40,002 nucleotides of DNA from Gemmatimonadaceae bacterium (GCA_044224875.1 JBGAJQ010000050.1:1-40002); one strand, 5' to 3'; positions 1 to 9,564 are shown, counted from the stretch's first letter. Made by a program: numbers and translations. The notes: generated from the sequence alone by a model not told the origin.

Positions 1-2
1 CC

Positions 3-593
3 AGCCTGTTGCAGCCGTACCGCGACCGGCTGCGCGCCATCCCGGCCATTCGCCCCGATTGGCCCGACTGGTGCGATCAGTTGCACGCGGCCACCGCGCA
101 AGGCGTGCCGGCGATCCGCGCCTATCCCCCCCAGTGGGGCATGGCGCCGGGCGACGCGGGGATGCGTGAGCTGGCGGGTGCGTGCGCCGAGGAGCGTGTG
201 CCGTTGATCCTGACGGTGAAGTTCGAGGACGTGCGCCAACGGCATCCCATGGACGTCGCCGGGGACCTGCAGGCCGCGGCCGTGCGCGAGTTGGCGCGCG
301 CGGGCCACGAGGTGCGACTCATCGTCACGGCGGCCGGCCGCGACTTCATCGAGGAAGTGCACTGGGGCCTAACGCCGGAAGAGCGCCGCCGCGTGTTCTG
401 GGACATCTCCTGGATCTGGGGCCCGCCAGAAGATCACCTCGCGCACCTCCTGCGGCTGATTGGCCCCGATCGCTTCGTGTACGGCACCATGTGGCCACTC
501 CGCTTGACGCAGGTCGCGCGCGCCAACCTCGCGCTCCTTCCAGACGACCTGCGCGGCGCGCGCCTCACCGACCCCAGCGCGTGGGGTCGGTAG
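3..593 (+). CDS. Amidohydrolase-fold (amidohydrolase_2-like) protein, 5'-truncated at the window edge
   Basis: The frame is open from the window start. TIM-barrel-like C-terminus 'VFWDISW...IGPDRFVYGTMWP' resembles the 'D.S...GpdRllfGsD.P' end of amidohydrolase_2 proteins, but the conserved Asp is replaced. Confidence 0.6.
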   Translation, partial: SLLQPYRDRLRAIPAIRPDWPDWCDQLHAATAQGVPAIRAYPPQWGMAPGDAGMRELAGACAEERVPLILTVKFEDVRQRHPMDVAGDLQAAAVRELARAGHEVRLIVTAAGRDFIEEVHWGLTPEERRRVFWDISWIWGPPEDHLAHLLRLIGPDRFVYGTMWPLRLTQVARANLALLPDDLRGARLTDPSAWGR

Positions 594-762
594 TGGCCGG
601 AGCCTAACGACGGAAACGCCCGCGATGGCCCCCGGGATTTCCCGCACTCGCAGTCGGTGACGGGGGCGGTGGATCGCACCATCTTGCCGGTGGGCAACTC
701 GTTTTTGCATCGTCTCTTGCGCGCATTCACGTACCCGTCCATTTTTCGCGCTGACCGTGGGT

Positions 763-782
763 CTTGTGAATAGTTTCACAAG
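763..782. promoter_or_regulatory. Rex-type operator (TTGTGAA-N4-TTCACAA) upstream of the act operon
   Basis: CTTGTGAA TAGT TTCACAAG has 8-bp perfect arms, matches the Rex (ROP) consensus, and lies 35 nt upstream of the probable actA ATG (817). It also fits the CRP-like TGTGA-N6-TCACA. Confidence 0.75.
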
Positions 783-816
783 TGCAGGTCTGCGTTCCCC
801 TTCACACCTCCTCTCG

Positions 817-1458
817 ATGACGAGTAGGCGAAAGTGGGCGTTGGTCCCTGGATTCGTTGCGATCGCACTAGCCGCCGTGGCGCTTTCAGCGTACAGCGGC
901 GCCTCATCGTCTCAGGGTTTCGCCCCCGTGCAGCCGGTGCAGTTCCCTCATGCGAGGCATGTCACCGACCTCGGCATGAACTGCCTGTACTGCCACTATT
1001 CTGCGAGCCAATCCCCTGATCCAGGGCTCCCGGCGCTGGGCACCTGCATGGGTTGCCACACGCTGATTGGCCCGCAGCGTCCCGCGCTGAACGGGCTGCC
1101 TGCGCGAACGAGTACGGAGATCAAGAAGCTCCAGGAATACGCCCCGATCGGGCAGCCTGAGAAGTGGAAGCCGATCGAGTGGGTGCGCATCCACAAGCTG
1201 CCGGAATACGTGCACTTCCCGCACATGCGCCATGTGAACGCGGGGGTCACTTGCCAGACCTGCCATGGCCCGGTGCAGACGTTCGCCGGACCGGTCTACC
1301 AGTTCGCGTCGCTGAACATGGGTTGGTGCGTCAACTGCCACGTCAACGGCTATAAGCTCGGCGATGGATTGCGGGCCGCCGGTGTCACGCCGACGCCGCA
1401 GCAGGATGCCGAGCCAGCGAAGAAGGCGCGCTATGACTGCGCGATATGCCACTACTAG
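817..1458 (+). CDS. actA: Alternative complex III pentaheme cytochrome c subunit ActA
   Basis: N-terminal TM helix; five CxxCH motifs (CLYCH, CMGCH, CQTCH, CVNCH, CAICH); 'WVRIHKLPEYVHFPH' and 'LNMGWCVNCH' signatures. ATG 817 preferred over GTG 757. Confidence 0.92.
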   Translation: MTSRRKWALVPGFVAIALAAVALSAYSGASSSQGFAPVQPVQFPHARHVTDLGMNCLYCHYSASQSPDPGLPALGTCMGCHTLIGPQRPALNGLPARTSTEIKKLQEYAPIGQPEKWKPIEWVRIHKLPEYVHFPHMRHVNAGVTCQTCHGPVQTFAGPVYQFASLNMGWCVNCHVNGYKLGDGLRAAGVTPTPQQDAEPAKKARYDCAICHY

Positions 1459-1525
1459 CCATGCCCTCGTTCGTGCGCGCAGGCAGTGCCTGCTCGGCGA
1501 CTTCCGGACGGTGAGGACGAACTGA

Positions 1526-4500
1526 ATGAGTGAGCCAATGGACGCAGCAGGTACGACGCGCGTGAAACGGCGCGACTTCCTGAAGGTGTTAGGCGTGGCC
1601 AGCGCCGCCACCAGCACGGTCGGCTGCTTTCAGGAAGACGTCGAGAAGCTTGTCCCGTACCTGACGTCACCGGACCAGACGGTCCCCGGCGTATCGACCT
1701 ACTACAGCAGCACGTGTCGCGAGTGTTCGGCCGGTTGCGGCATCGTGGTGGAAGTACGCGACGGACGAGCGATCAAGATCGAAGGGAATCCCGAACACCC
1801 GGTCAATCGCGGCGCCCTGTGCGCCCGAGGTCAGGCCGCGCTCCAGGGACTGTACAACCCAGACCGCTACCGGACCCCGCTGGAGCGGCAGGGCGGTAAG
1901 CTGGTGCCCACGACGTGGGATAAGGCAATCGCCACCCTGAACCAGCAGATCGCGACCGCCAAGTCGAGCGCCAAGGCGCGCGACGTGGTGTTCATCGGTC
2001 GGCATGAGGCCGGGAGCTTTGGCGCGGTCGCCGACCTGTGGATGGATTCGTTAGGCTTTGGTGCTGCGTACCAGTATGATCCCGAGGCGGACCTCGCGGT
2101 CCGCGCCGCGAACCTGGAAGCCTATCACGCCGCGGTGCCGACGCTCGATTTCGGCGCCGCGTCGCTGATCGTTTCCTTTGGCGCCGACTTTCTCGAGACG
2201 TGGCAGGCCAATGTCCCTCAGCAGCTGGCGTTTGCCGACGCGCGCGCCAAGCTGCAGGGCGGACCCAAGTTCGTGTACGTCGGCGCGCGTCGGTCGTTGA
2301 CGGGATTGAACGCCGACGAGTGGATCGCCTGCAAGCCCGGCAGCGAGGAGGCGATTGCCGCCGCGTTGCTAGCTGCGTTAGGCGGCGGTGGATCGACGAC
2401 GCTCGCCCAAGCGGCCGAGGCGAGTGGCGTGAGCGAGGCCACCCTGCAGGGGCTGGCGACGGAACTTCGGGAGGCCAAGCCGAGCCTCGTCCTTTCTGGC
2501 GTGACGACGCCGAACGCCATGCAGGTGGCGGGCGTCGTCGCCAGCATCAATAAGGTGGCCGGCAATGTCGGTGTCACGATCAAGCCGGCGACGCCCATGC
2601 TTTCCTTCGACGGCGCCGTCGGTGCGGATACGATGGCCGCGGTCGTTGCGCGACTGAACGCCGGCGGCGTGCCGCTGATCTTCGTGCGGGGCGCCAATCC
2701 CGCGTATGACACGCCAAAGGCGTTAGGCTTCGCTGAGGCGTTCAAGAAGGCCACGTTCAAGGTGTCGTTCTCCAGCTATCCGGACGAAACGTCGGAGCTG
2801 TGCGACCTGGTCCTTCCCGATCACCACGCCCTGGAGTCCTGGGGAGATGCCGAGTCGATGCCGGGTGTGTTGGGGCTCCAGCAGCCGGTCATGGAGCCGG
2901 TCTTCTCCACACGTCCGACGGCGGACCTCCTTATCGCGGCGGCGCAGGCGAACGGCGCCGCCGGCAAGTTCACCACAAAGAATTACCGCGACTGGCTCAT
3001 TGGGCGCACGCCCGGTGGCGAGAGTGCGTTTACGGCGGCACTGGCGAAAGGCATGGCGACCGGGTCGGTGGCGAGTCGTACCGCCCCGGCGGCCAAGACG
3101 ACGATCGCTGCGGGTGTTCCAAAGGCGCTGGAAGGGACCGGTGAGTTCTACCTGCAAGTGTATCCGCACGCGGTGCTAGGCGCCGGGGCCGGCGCCAACA
3201 AACCGTGGTTGCAGGAACTCCCGGATCCGGTTTCGAAGATTGTCTGGCAATCGTGGGTGGACATACATCCTGCGACGGCCAAGCGTCTCGGCATTGCGGC
3301 AGGGGATCATGTGAAGGTGCAGACGGCGGCGGGGGCGATCACCGCGCCGGCGTACCTGTACCTCGGGATCCGCCCCGACACGGTCGGCGTCGCGTTAGGC
3401 CAGGGGCATACGGCCTACGGACGCTATGCGCAGCAAATCGGCGTCAATGCGTTGGACGCGTTAGGTGCGACGCTGAATAGTGCGGGCGGACTGTCCCTCA
3501 CCCAGTCGAAGGCCACCCTCACTCGCACGGCGGAGAACTCCCCGCTGGTGACGACCGAGGGCTCGGCGCGACAGCATGGACGCGGCATCGCCCAGGCGGT
3601 GACGGCGGCGCAGCTGGCGGCTGGCGAATTCGGTGAGGAGGTCGAACACGCGCCTCCAGGAGATGCCAGTCACGAGTTCCTTCCCGGTTTGCGTTCGCCG
3701 GTGGCGGACGACGCGCAAGGCGAGTTGGGAGATGCAACATCCAAGGACAAGGGACTCTATGCGCCGGATCATCCCACTGGGATGGCCAAGCGGCGCTGGG
3801 CCATGACGATCGACCTGGCGCGGTGCACCGGATGCTCCGCGTGCGTCACGGCGTGTCACGCAGAGAACAACGTGCCGACCGTCGGCGCCCGATGGCAGGG
3901 TCGGTCCTTGCGGCCTTTCCACACGTCGGACGGCGCTGGTTGGGACACGCGACCTGGGGCCAACATCCTCAAGGGCCGCGAGATGAGCTGGATTCGCATC
4001 GAGCGGTATTTCGAGGGTGGCGAAGACGGGCAGAGCCCGTTCGAGACGCGCTTCGTCCCCATGATGTGTCAGCACTGTGGCAACGCGCCGTGCGAGCCAG
4101 TGTGTCCGGTGTTCGCGACGTATCACGCCCCCGACGGCCTCAACGTGCAGGTCTACAACCGGTGCGTGGGCACACGGTATTGCTCCAACGGTTGCCCATA
4201 CAAGGTGCGGTACTTCAACTGGCACGGGTACGGCGAGTCGGGTCGACGGCAGTACGCGTTCCCCGATCCGTTGCATCTGCAGTTGAACCCGGACGTCACG
4301 GTGCGCGGCAAGGGGGTCATGGAAAAGTGCACCTTCTGCGTGCAACGCATCCGCGAGGCGGAGAACCTGGCCAAGCTCGAAGGACGAGAGGTTCGTGCCG
4401 ACGAGTTCACGACGGCCTGCGCCGAAGCGTGCCCGTCGCGCGCCATCGTATTCGGTGACGCGGCAGATCCCGCATGGCAGGTCGCCAAGCAGGTGGGCGA

Positions 4501-4642
4501 CCGGCGCGGCTATCATGTCTTTGCAGAGCTCAACACCTATACGGCGGTGGTCTACTTGCGAAAGGTGAATCACACCGCGGAGCAGGCCGGTCCGGCTCGC
4601 GCCGCGGAGCCCGCACCCGCTGACGCCGGAGGAAAGCGCTAA
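1526..4642 (+). CDS. actB: Alternative complex III subunit ActB (molybdopterin-oxidoreductase-like domain fused to an Fe-S domain), Tat lipoprotein
   Basis: Tat motif KRRDFLK followed by VGC lipobox-like Cys; DMSO-reductase-fold N-domain; C-terminal CTGCSACVTAC, CQHCGNAPCEPVCP, CVGTRYCSNGCP (3Fe-4S type) and KCTFC...CAEACP. Confidence 0.93.
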   Translation: MSEPMDAAGTTRVKRRDFLKVLGVASAATSTVGCFQEDVEKLVPYLTSPDQTVPGVSTYYSSTCRECSAGCGIVVEVRDGRAIKIEGNPEHPVNRGALCARGQAALQGLYNPDRYRTPLERQGGKLVPTTWDKAIATLNQQIATAKSSAKARDVVFIGRHEAGSFGAVADLWMDSLGFGAAYQYDPEADLAVRAANLEAYHAAVPTLDFGAASLIVSFGADFLETWQANVPQQLAFADARAKLQGGPKFVYVGARRSLTGLNADEWIACKPGSEEAIAAALLAALGGGGSTTLAQAAEASGVSEATLQGLATELREAKPSLVLSGVTTPNAMQVAGVVASINKVAGNVGVTIKPATPMLSFDGAVGADTMAAVVARLNAGGVPLIFVRGANPAYDTPKALGFAEAFKKATFKVSFSSYPDETSELCDLVLPDHHALESWGDAESMPGVLGLQQPVMEPVFSTRPTADLLIAAAQANGAAGKFTTKNYRDWLIGRTPGGESAFTAALAKGMATGSVASRTAPAAKTTIAAGVPKALEGTGEFYLQVYPHAVLGAGAGANKPWLQELPDPVSKIVWQSWVDIHPATAKRLGIAAGDHVKVQTAAGAITAPAYLYLGIRPDTVGVALGQGHTAYGRYAQQIGVNALDALGATLNSAGGLSLTQSKATLTRTAENSPLVTTEGSARQHGRGIAQAVTAAQLAAGEFGEEVEHAPPGDASHEFLPGLRSPVADDAQGELGDATSKDKGLYAPDHPTGMAKRRWAMTIDLARCTGCSACVTACHAENNVPTVGARWQGRSLRPFHTSDGAGWDTRPGANILKGREMSWIRIERYFEGGEDGQSPFETRFVPMMCQHCGNAPCEPVCPVFATYHAPDGLNVQVYNRCVGTRYCSNGCPYKVRYFNWHGYGESGRRQYAFPDPLHLQLNPDVTVRGKGVMEKCTFCVQRIREAENLAKLEGREVRADEFTTACAEACPSRAIVFGDAADPAWQVAKQVGDRRGYHVFAELNTYTAVVYLRKVNHTAEQAGPARAAEPAPADAGGKR

Positions 4643-6084
4643 TGGCTTCCGCCGCCCAGCCGGTTCGCCCGAATGTCGCGTCGGCGGCAGTGCAGCTGCC
4701 GGGTGTTCGCGACTACGATCAGGTCGATCGTGAAATCTCGGCCACCCTGCAACCCAGTAAGGGATGGTTCGCGGCGTTAGGCATCGCGATCCTGTTGTTC
4801 CTCTGGGGTGCCGGTACCTGGACATACCAGATCTACTGGGGACTCGGCAATGCCGGGTACAATCCCCCCGTCATGTGGGGGGTGTACATCATCACCTTCG
4901 TGTTCTGGGTCGGTATCGGGCACGCCGGCACACTGATTTCCGCCATCCTCTACCTGTTCCGCGCCGGATTCCGCACGACGATCTACCGATGCGCGGAGGC
5001 CATGACGGTGTTCGCCGTCATGACCGCTGGCCTCTTCCCGATCATCCACATCGGGCGGCCGTGGAAGTTTTTCTGGTTGATTCCGTATCCCAACTGGCGC
5101 CTGCTCTGGCCAAACTTCAAGAGCCCGCTGGTCTGGGACGTGTTCGCGATTTCCACGTACCTCACGATCTCCAGCACGTTCCTCTATGTCGGGTTGATCC
5201 CCGACATCGCCACGCTGCGCGACCGTTGCACCAACCCCACGCGCAAGCGGATACTGGCCGTGCTCTCGTTAGGATGGCGGAACTCCGAACCCGAGTGGCG
5301 CCACTTTGCCCGCATGTACCTGTTCCTCGCGGCGTTCAGCACGCCGCTGGTGCTGTCCGTGCACTCGGTGGTGTCCTTTGACTTTGCGATGGCGATCAAC
5401 CCCGGGTGGCACACCACGATCTTCCCGCCCTACTTCGTGGCCGGCGCCATCTTCTCGGGGATTGGAATGGTGTTCACGATCATCATTCCCATCCGGAAGT
5501 TCTTCAAGCTCGAACATTATGTCACCATCAACCACCTGGACGCGGCGGCCAAACTCTGCCTGTTCACGTCGATGGTGGTGGGGTGCGCGTACCTGATCGA
5601 GTTCTGGGTCGCTTGGTACAGCGGCAACGGTTTCGAGCAGGACTACTTCATCAATCGTGTGTTCGGCCAGTGGTGGTGGGCCGCGTGGATCATGCTCACC
5701 TGCAACATGATCTTCCCACTGTCCCTATTCTCGCAAAAGCTCCGTCGCAACCCGACCTGGCTGTTCATCCTGTCGATCTTCATCAATCTCGGGATGTGGT
5801 ACGAGCGGTTCGTCATCATCGTCCCCACGCTTTCGCACGAGTTTGAGCCGTGGCAGTGGAGCGGCTACCTCCCCAGCTGGGTCGATACGTCGATCCTGGT
5901 CGGGTCGTTCGGCTGGTTCTTCATGTGGTTCCTGCTGTTCATTCGTAACCTGCCGGTTGTCGCGATCGCCGAGGTCAAGGAAATCGTGCCACCGCGCTTG
6001 CGCTCGCATGCGCTCGCGGTTGGCGTCGACACCTCCGGACACCATCGGGACTACGGCGTCGAGACACCGGGGGAGTTCGACTGA
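4642..6084 (+). CDS. actC: Alternative complex III quinol-binding membrane subunit ActC (NrfD/PsrC family)
   Basis: 'WGVYIITFVFWVGIGHAGTLISAIL', 'IHIGRPW', 'NFKSPLVWDVFAISTY', 'SVHSVVSFDFA'; about 10 TM helices; TAATG coupling with actB. Confidence 0.95.
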   Translation: MASAAQPVRPNVASAAVQLPGVRDYDQVDREISATLQPSKGWFAALGIAILLFLWGAGTWTYQIYWGLGNAGYNPPVMWGVYIITFVFWVGIGHAGTLISAILYLFRAGFRTTIYRCAEAMTVFAVMTAGLFPIIHIGRPWKFFWLIPYPNWRLLWPNFKSPLVWDVFAISTYLTISSTFLYVGLIPDIATLRDRCTNPTRKRILAVLSLGWRNSEPEWRHFARMYLFLAAFSTPLVLSVHSVVSFDFAMAINPGWHTTIFPPYFVAGAIFSGIGMVFTIIIPIRKFFKLEHYVTINHLDAAAKLCLFTSMVVGCAYLIEFWVAWYSGNGFEQDYFINRVFGQWWWAAWIMLTCNMIFPLSLFSQKLRRNPTWLFILSIFINLGMWYERFVIIVPTLSHEFEPWQWSGYLPSWVDTSILVGSFGWFFMWFLLFIRNLPVVAIAEVKEIVPPRLRSHALAVGVDTSGHHRDYGVETPGEFD

Positions 6085-6587
6085 TGACAACCGGACTAGT
6101 GGCCGCCTTCCGAGAACTCGACGCGACGTGTGAAGCGATCGAGGAGCTCAAGGCCAAGAAGATCGAGACGTTTACGGTGTACACGCCAACGCCGCGTCAC
6201 GAGATCGAACACGCCGTCTCGCCGCCGATCAGCAAGATCCGTCGCTTTACACTCATCGGCGGATTGTGCGGTGCGACGTTCGGCTACTGGGTCGCGATCT
6301 GGACCAGCGACTACTGGCCGATGGTGGTCGGCGGCAAGGCAATCGCGTCGTGGATCCCCTACACCATCATTTCGTTCGAGCTGATGGTCCTCGTTGGTGG
6401 CCTGTCCACCGTGTACGGCATGTTCATCCTGTCTCGTGTGCCCAAGATCACGCAAACGGTCGGCTTCGATCCGCGCTTCACCGGTGGTCACTATGGCATC
6501 TACGTGGAAGCGCCTCCGGATCGCCTGAAGGAAGTGGAGGCGACTCTTCGCGCCCACGGGGCAGTGGAGGTGCGCAATGAGCGCTAG
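6084..6587 (+). CDS. actD: Alternative complex III subunit ActD (DUF3341)
   Basis: 'YTPTPRHEIE', two TM helices, 'DYWPMVVGGK', 'FELMVL', 'FDPRFT'; position in the operon. Confidence 0.9.
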   Translation: MTTGLVAAFRELDATCEAIEELKAKKIETFTVYTPTPRHEIEHAVSPPISKIRRFTLIGGLCGATFGYWVAIWTSDYWPMVVGGKAIASWIPYTIISFELMVLVGGLSTVYGMFILSRVPKITQTVGFDPRFTGGHYGIYVEAPPDRLKEVEATLRAHGAVEVRNER

Positions 6588-7302
6588 TTGGCGGGCCGCG
6601 GCCCTCGGTGCGATGCTGCTCCCGCTCGGCGCGTGCGAGTGGTTCTCCGACTTCAAGCGCCAACCGGATGTCGTCACCTGGGAATCCCTGCGCAGCGACT
6701 CGTCCGTCGTGCGCGGCGCGCCGCAAGGCTCCGTTCCCACCACTGGAACCTTCAAGGCCGCATACGCCGTGTCTTACGGCCAATTGCCCGGTGTGCTCGA
6801 TTCGCTGGCCGGTATCCCGAATCCGACGCCACTGAGCGAGGCGTCTCTGGCCAACGGACGCAAGTACTACCAGATCAATTGCGCGGTCTGCCACGGCGAT
6901 AGCGCCGGAGGCGATGGGCTCGCCACCAAGTGGGGCATGGTGCCGATGACCCTCATGTCCGACATCATGAAGACGCAGCGCACCGACGGCTACATCTACG
7001 GCATGATCCGCAATGGCCGTGGCCTGATGCCCAGCTACAACCGCATTCCGGAAATGGATCGCTGGGATGTGGTGAACTACATCCGCGCGTTGCAGGGAAA
7101 GGCCGCGAACGTGACGTTCCAGGTCGGCCCACTTGCCCCGCCGGGCGTGACGGGCGCCATGCTGCCCGGCGCCACGCGCCTCGGCCCGTCCCGTGGACTG
7201 TCTCCGGTGCTGCCGGAGCTGTCGCCGACCGCGGCGCCGCTCAGGGTCCACGAAGAGGCGCAGTCAAAGGCTGATTCCGCGAAATCGGGAGAACCCAAGT
7301 GA
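6577..7302 (+). CDS. actE: Alternative complex III monoheme cytochrome c lipoprotein ActE
   Basis: Lipobox LGAC; 'GRKYYQINCAVCHG' heme motif; 'GRGLMPSY...DRWDVVNYIRALQ'. Confidence 0.9.
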   Translation: MSASWRAAALGAMLLPLGACEWFSDFKRQPDVVTWESLRSDSSVVRGAPQGSVPTTGTFKAAYAVSYGQLPGVLDSLAGIPNPTPLSEASLANGRKYYQINCAVCHGDSAGGDGLATKWGMVPMTLMSDIMKTQRTDGYIYGMIRNGRGLMPSYNRIPEMDRWDVVNYIRALQGKAANVTFQVGPLAPPGVTGAMLPGATRLGPSRGLSPVLPELSPTAAPLRVHEEAQSKADSAKSGEPK

Positions 7303-8627
7303 GCAGTCATCACGATTCGCACGAACCGACGCGCGAAGAGCTCGTCCGACTGATTGGCGCTCCAGTCCCGGTTCGGCTGCAACAAGCCAGCCTGGCGCTC
7401 GCCGTGTTGGGCTTTGCCATCTGGATCATCGGGGTCGCCACCGGAAATGACCGGGCCTGGCAGGCCTGGCACGTCAGCTGGCTCTACTTCACGGTGGTGT
7501 CGTCGGCGGGCGTCATGTTCGCGGCGGTGCAGCGCATTACCACCGCTCGCTGGTCCCGACCGGTGATCAGGTTCATGGAAGGCTACGTGTTGTGGCTGCC
7601 GGTGGCTTTCGTCATGCTCATGATCACGGTCTTCCTGGGCAAGTCGCACATTTACCCCTGGGTCGCGAACCCACCCACCAAGCACGAGAAGGCCGTCTGG
7701 CTCGGCGTGACGTTCTGGAGTCTTCGCAGTGTCATCGTCTTTGGCCTCATCACGGCGTTGAGTCTCTGGTATGTGTACACGTCGGTTCGGATCGACGTCG
7801 CGTTACTGCCCGAATGGGGTGCCAAGTGGGCCAAGGGTTGGCGCGATCGTATGCGCGCCGGGTTTGGCGACGAGCGTCGCGAACTTCATTCCACGCATTC
7901 GTTGCAGGGAAAGCTCGCCGTTTTCCTCGCCCTGACGTTCGGCTTCGGTTGGGTTGTCATGGCTTGGGATCACTCCATGTCCATGGATCCCGAATTCCAG
8001 TCGACCATGTATGGCTGGCAATTCTTCATGGGTGGTTGGATTGTCTCCCTGATGATCTTCTCGCTGCTCGTGCGGTTGTGGCGCAATCACCTGCACGCGC
8101 ACAGCATCATCACCGACAACCACCTCCACGACATCGGGAAGTTGTGCTTTGCCTTCACCGCATTCTGGGGCTACCTCACCTTCAGCCAGCTGCTCGTGAT
8201 CTGGTACGGCAACATGGGTGAGGAGACCTTCTGGTTCCATAAGCGGTTGAGTGCCCCATGGACGGGAATGTCCGTGACGGTCGGCTTGCTCGTGTTCATC
8301 GCCCCGTTCTTTGGCTTGCTTGGCAAGGCGCCCAAGCTGTTCACTCCGACCATGACGTTCTTTGCGCTGTGCAGCATCATCGGCATCTGGCTGCATCGCT
8401 ATCTCGAGGTGTACCCGGGCATTTATGGAAATCCTGCCTCGCTACCCTTCGGATTCTGGGAAATCGGGATCTTCCTCGGCTTCCTGGGTCTGTGGGTTTA
8501 CCTCTACTTGACGTTCATGAACGCATTTCCGCGCATGCGAGTGGTGCTGATGACGTCACCCTACAAGGATGAGATGCAGGTTCCGGTGGATCCAAAGACC
8601 ATGGAGCCTCTGCCAGCGCACGAGTAG
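7299..8627 (+). CDS. actF: Alternative complex III membrane subunit ActF
   Basis: About 10 TM helices; 'ARWSRP', 'MSMDPEFQSTMYG', 'HLHDIGKLCFAF', 'SQLLVIWYGNMGEETFWF'. Confidence 0.9.
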   Translation: MSSHHDSHEPTREELVRLIGAPVPVRLQQASLALAVLGFAIWIIGVATGNDRAWQAWHVSWLYFTVVSSAGVMFAAVQRITTARWSRPVIRFMEGYVLWLPVAFVMLMITVFLGKSHIYPWVANPPTKHEKAVWLGVTFWSLRSVIVFGLITALSLWYVYTSVRIDVALLPEWGAKWAKGWRDRMRAGFGDERRELHSTHSLQGKLAVFLALTFGFGWVVMAWDHSMSMDPEFQSTMYGWQFFMGGWIVSLMIFSLLVRLWRNHLHAHSIITDNHLHDIGKLCFAFTAFWGYLTFSQLLVIWYGNMGEETFWFHKRLSAPWTGMSVTVGLLVFIAPFFGLLGKAPKLFTPTMTFFALCSIIGIWLHRYLEVYPGIYGNPASLPFGFWEIGIFLGFLGLWVYLYLTFMNAFPRMRVVLMTSPYKDEMQVPVDPKTMEPLPAHE

Positions 8628-8736
8628 CGAGACGAGACTCCGTCCCGCCTGGACGAGATCCACGGCGCGGCCGATCAGTGCCTGTCGACGTGATGGCGGG
8701 CCGCGTTAGGTCGATGTGTGGAGTCTTACTGTGCCG

Positions 8737-8767
8737 AGGGCCCGCGACAAGCGTCGCGGCCCTTCTT
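8737..8767. terminator. Stem-loop between convergent actF and the DsrE-like gene
   Basis: AGGG-C-CCGCGAC/AAGC/GTCGCGG-CCCT followed by TCTT; lies between two convergent stop codons. Confidence 0.45.
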
Positions 8768-8799
8768 GCTGTCCATCGGTCACGCGCGTGCCGTGCGGT

Positions 8800-9492
8800 C
8801 TAGTGCATCGATATGATCGAGTAGCCGCGCTCCTGCGCTCGATTCACCGCCACAATTCCAGCCGGCACGAAGTGCGAATTTCCGATAGCGCTCGCCTTCA
8901 GCTCGGCGTACACGTCGTCCGCCTTAAGCCCCATTTTACCAGCGACCATGCCCGCGTATGCGTGCGTCGCCATGTCGCACACGGCGAAGTGCACACCCTT
9001 CGCGACCATTGAGTCGAGTGTCGTACCGCGGTTCGGCAGGCTCATGCCATAACTGCTCTGGTTGTAGACGTTGACCGTCGGTGGCGCATTCGTACGTGGG
9101 TCATTGAACTTGATGCGTTCAGCGAACACAGCTCCGTACTTCGCCCAAACGGAATCGCTGTAGGCAAACGGCGTCGACCAGTGCCGCAGGCAGATCACAA
9201 CGGCAAGCTCGGACGCCTCCAGAGCATACGCACCCTTGTTGGCGACGAAGTAGTTGGAAGCAAACGTGATGGCTTCTCCAGCGCCGTTCGCAGTGGAGCT
9301 GTCAAAGAAATACCGATGCTTGCCGGGGATCGCTTCGAGCCAGTCATCTTGCGGGTGCCGAGCAGGCTCCCACGACGAGGCAGGGGTGCTGTGTACCGTC
9401 GGTGCGTTCGACGCACCCGAAAAGGCGGCGACTCCCGCCGCGAGTCGGCTGAAGAATGATCGCCGCGGCAGCGGCCAGATGTCGTTAGGCAT
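8800..9492 (-). CDS. Tat-exported DsrE/DsrF-like protein
   Basis: Tat signal 'PRRSFFSRLAAGVAA'; C-terminal 'KGVHFAVCDMA...FVPAGIVAVNRAQERGYS' typical of the DsrE fold. Confidence 0.7.
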   Translation of the reverse strand: MPNDIWPLPRRSFFSRLAAGVAAFSGASNAPTVHSTPASSWEPARHPQDDWLEAIPGKHRYFFDSSTANGAGEAITFASNYFVANKGAYALEASELAVVICLRHWSTPFAYSDSVWAKYGAVFAERIKFNDPRTNAPPTVNVYNQSSYGMSLPNRGTTLDSMVAKGVHFAVCDMATHAYAGMVAGKMGLKADDVYAELKASAIGNSHFVPAGIVAVNRAQERGYSIISMH

Positions 9493-9564
9493 TCAGGGCT
9501 CGAACGAAGGTGTCTCCAAAAGTATCGCGCAGCACCCCTCGAAGGAACGACCCACCACGGCACC

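Noticed and set aside
3461..4825. Long antisense ORFs (for example 454 aa here, 391 aa at 20291-21466, 317 aa at 32734-33687)
   Set aside because: Typical GC-rich shadow ORFs opposite well-supported genes.
595..8715. GCCTAAC (602) and GTTAGGT (8705) as integron attC cores (RYYYAAC/GTTRRRY)
   Set aside because: No paired inverse core within attC distance, no integrase, and most copies of the motif are inside housekeeping genes.
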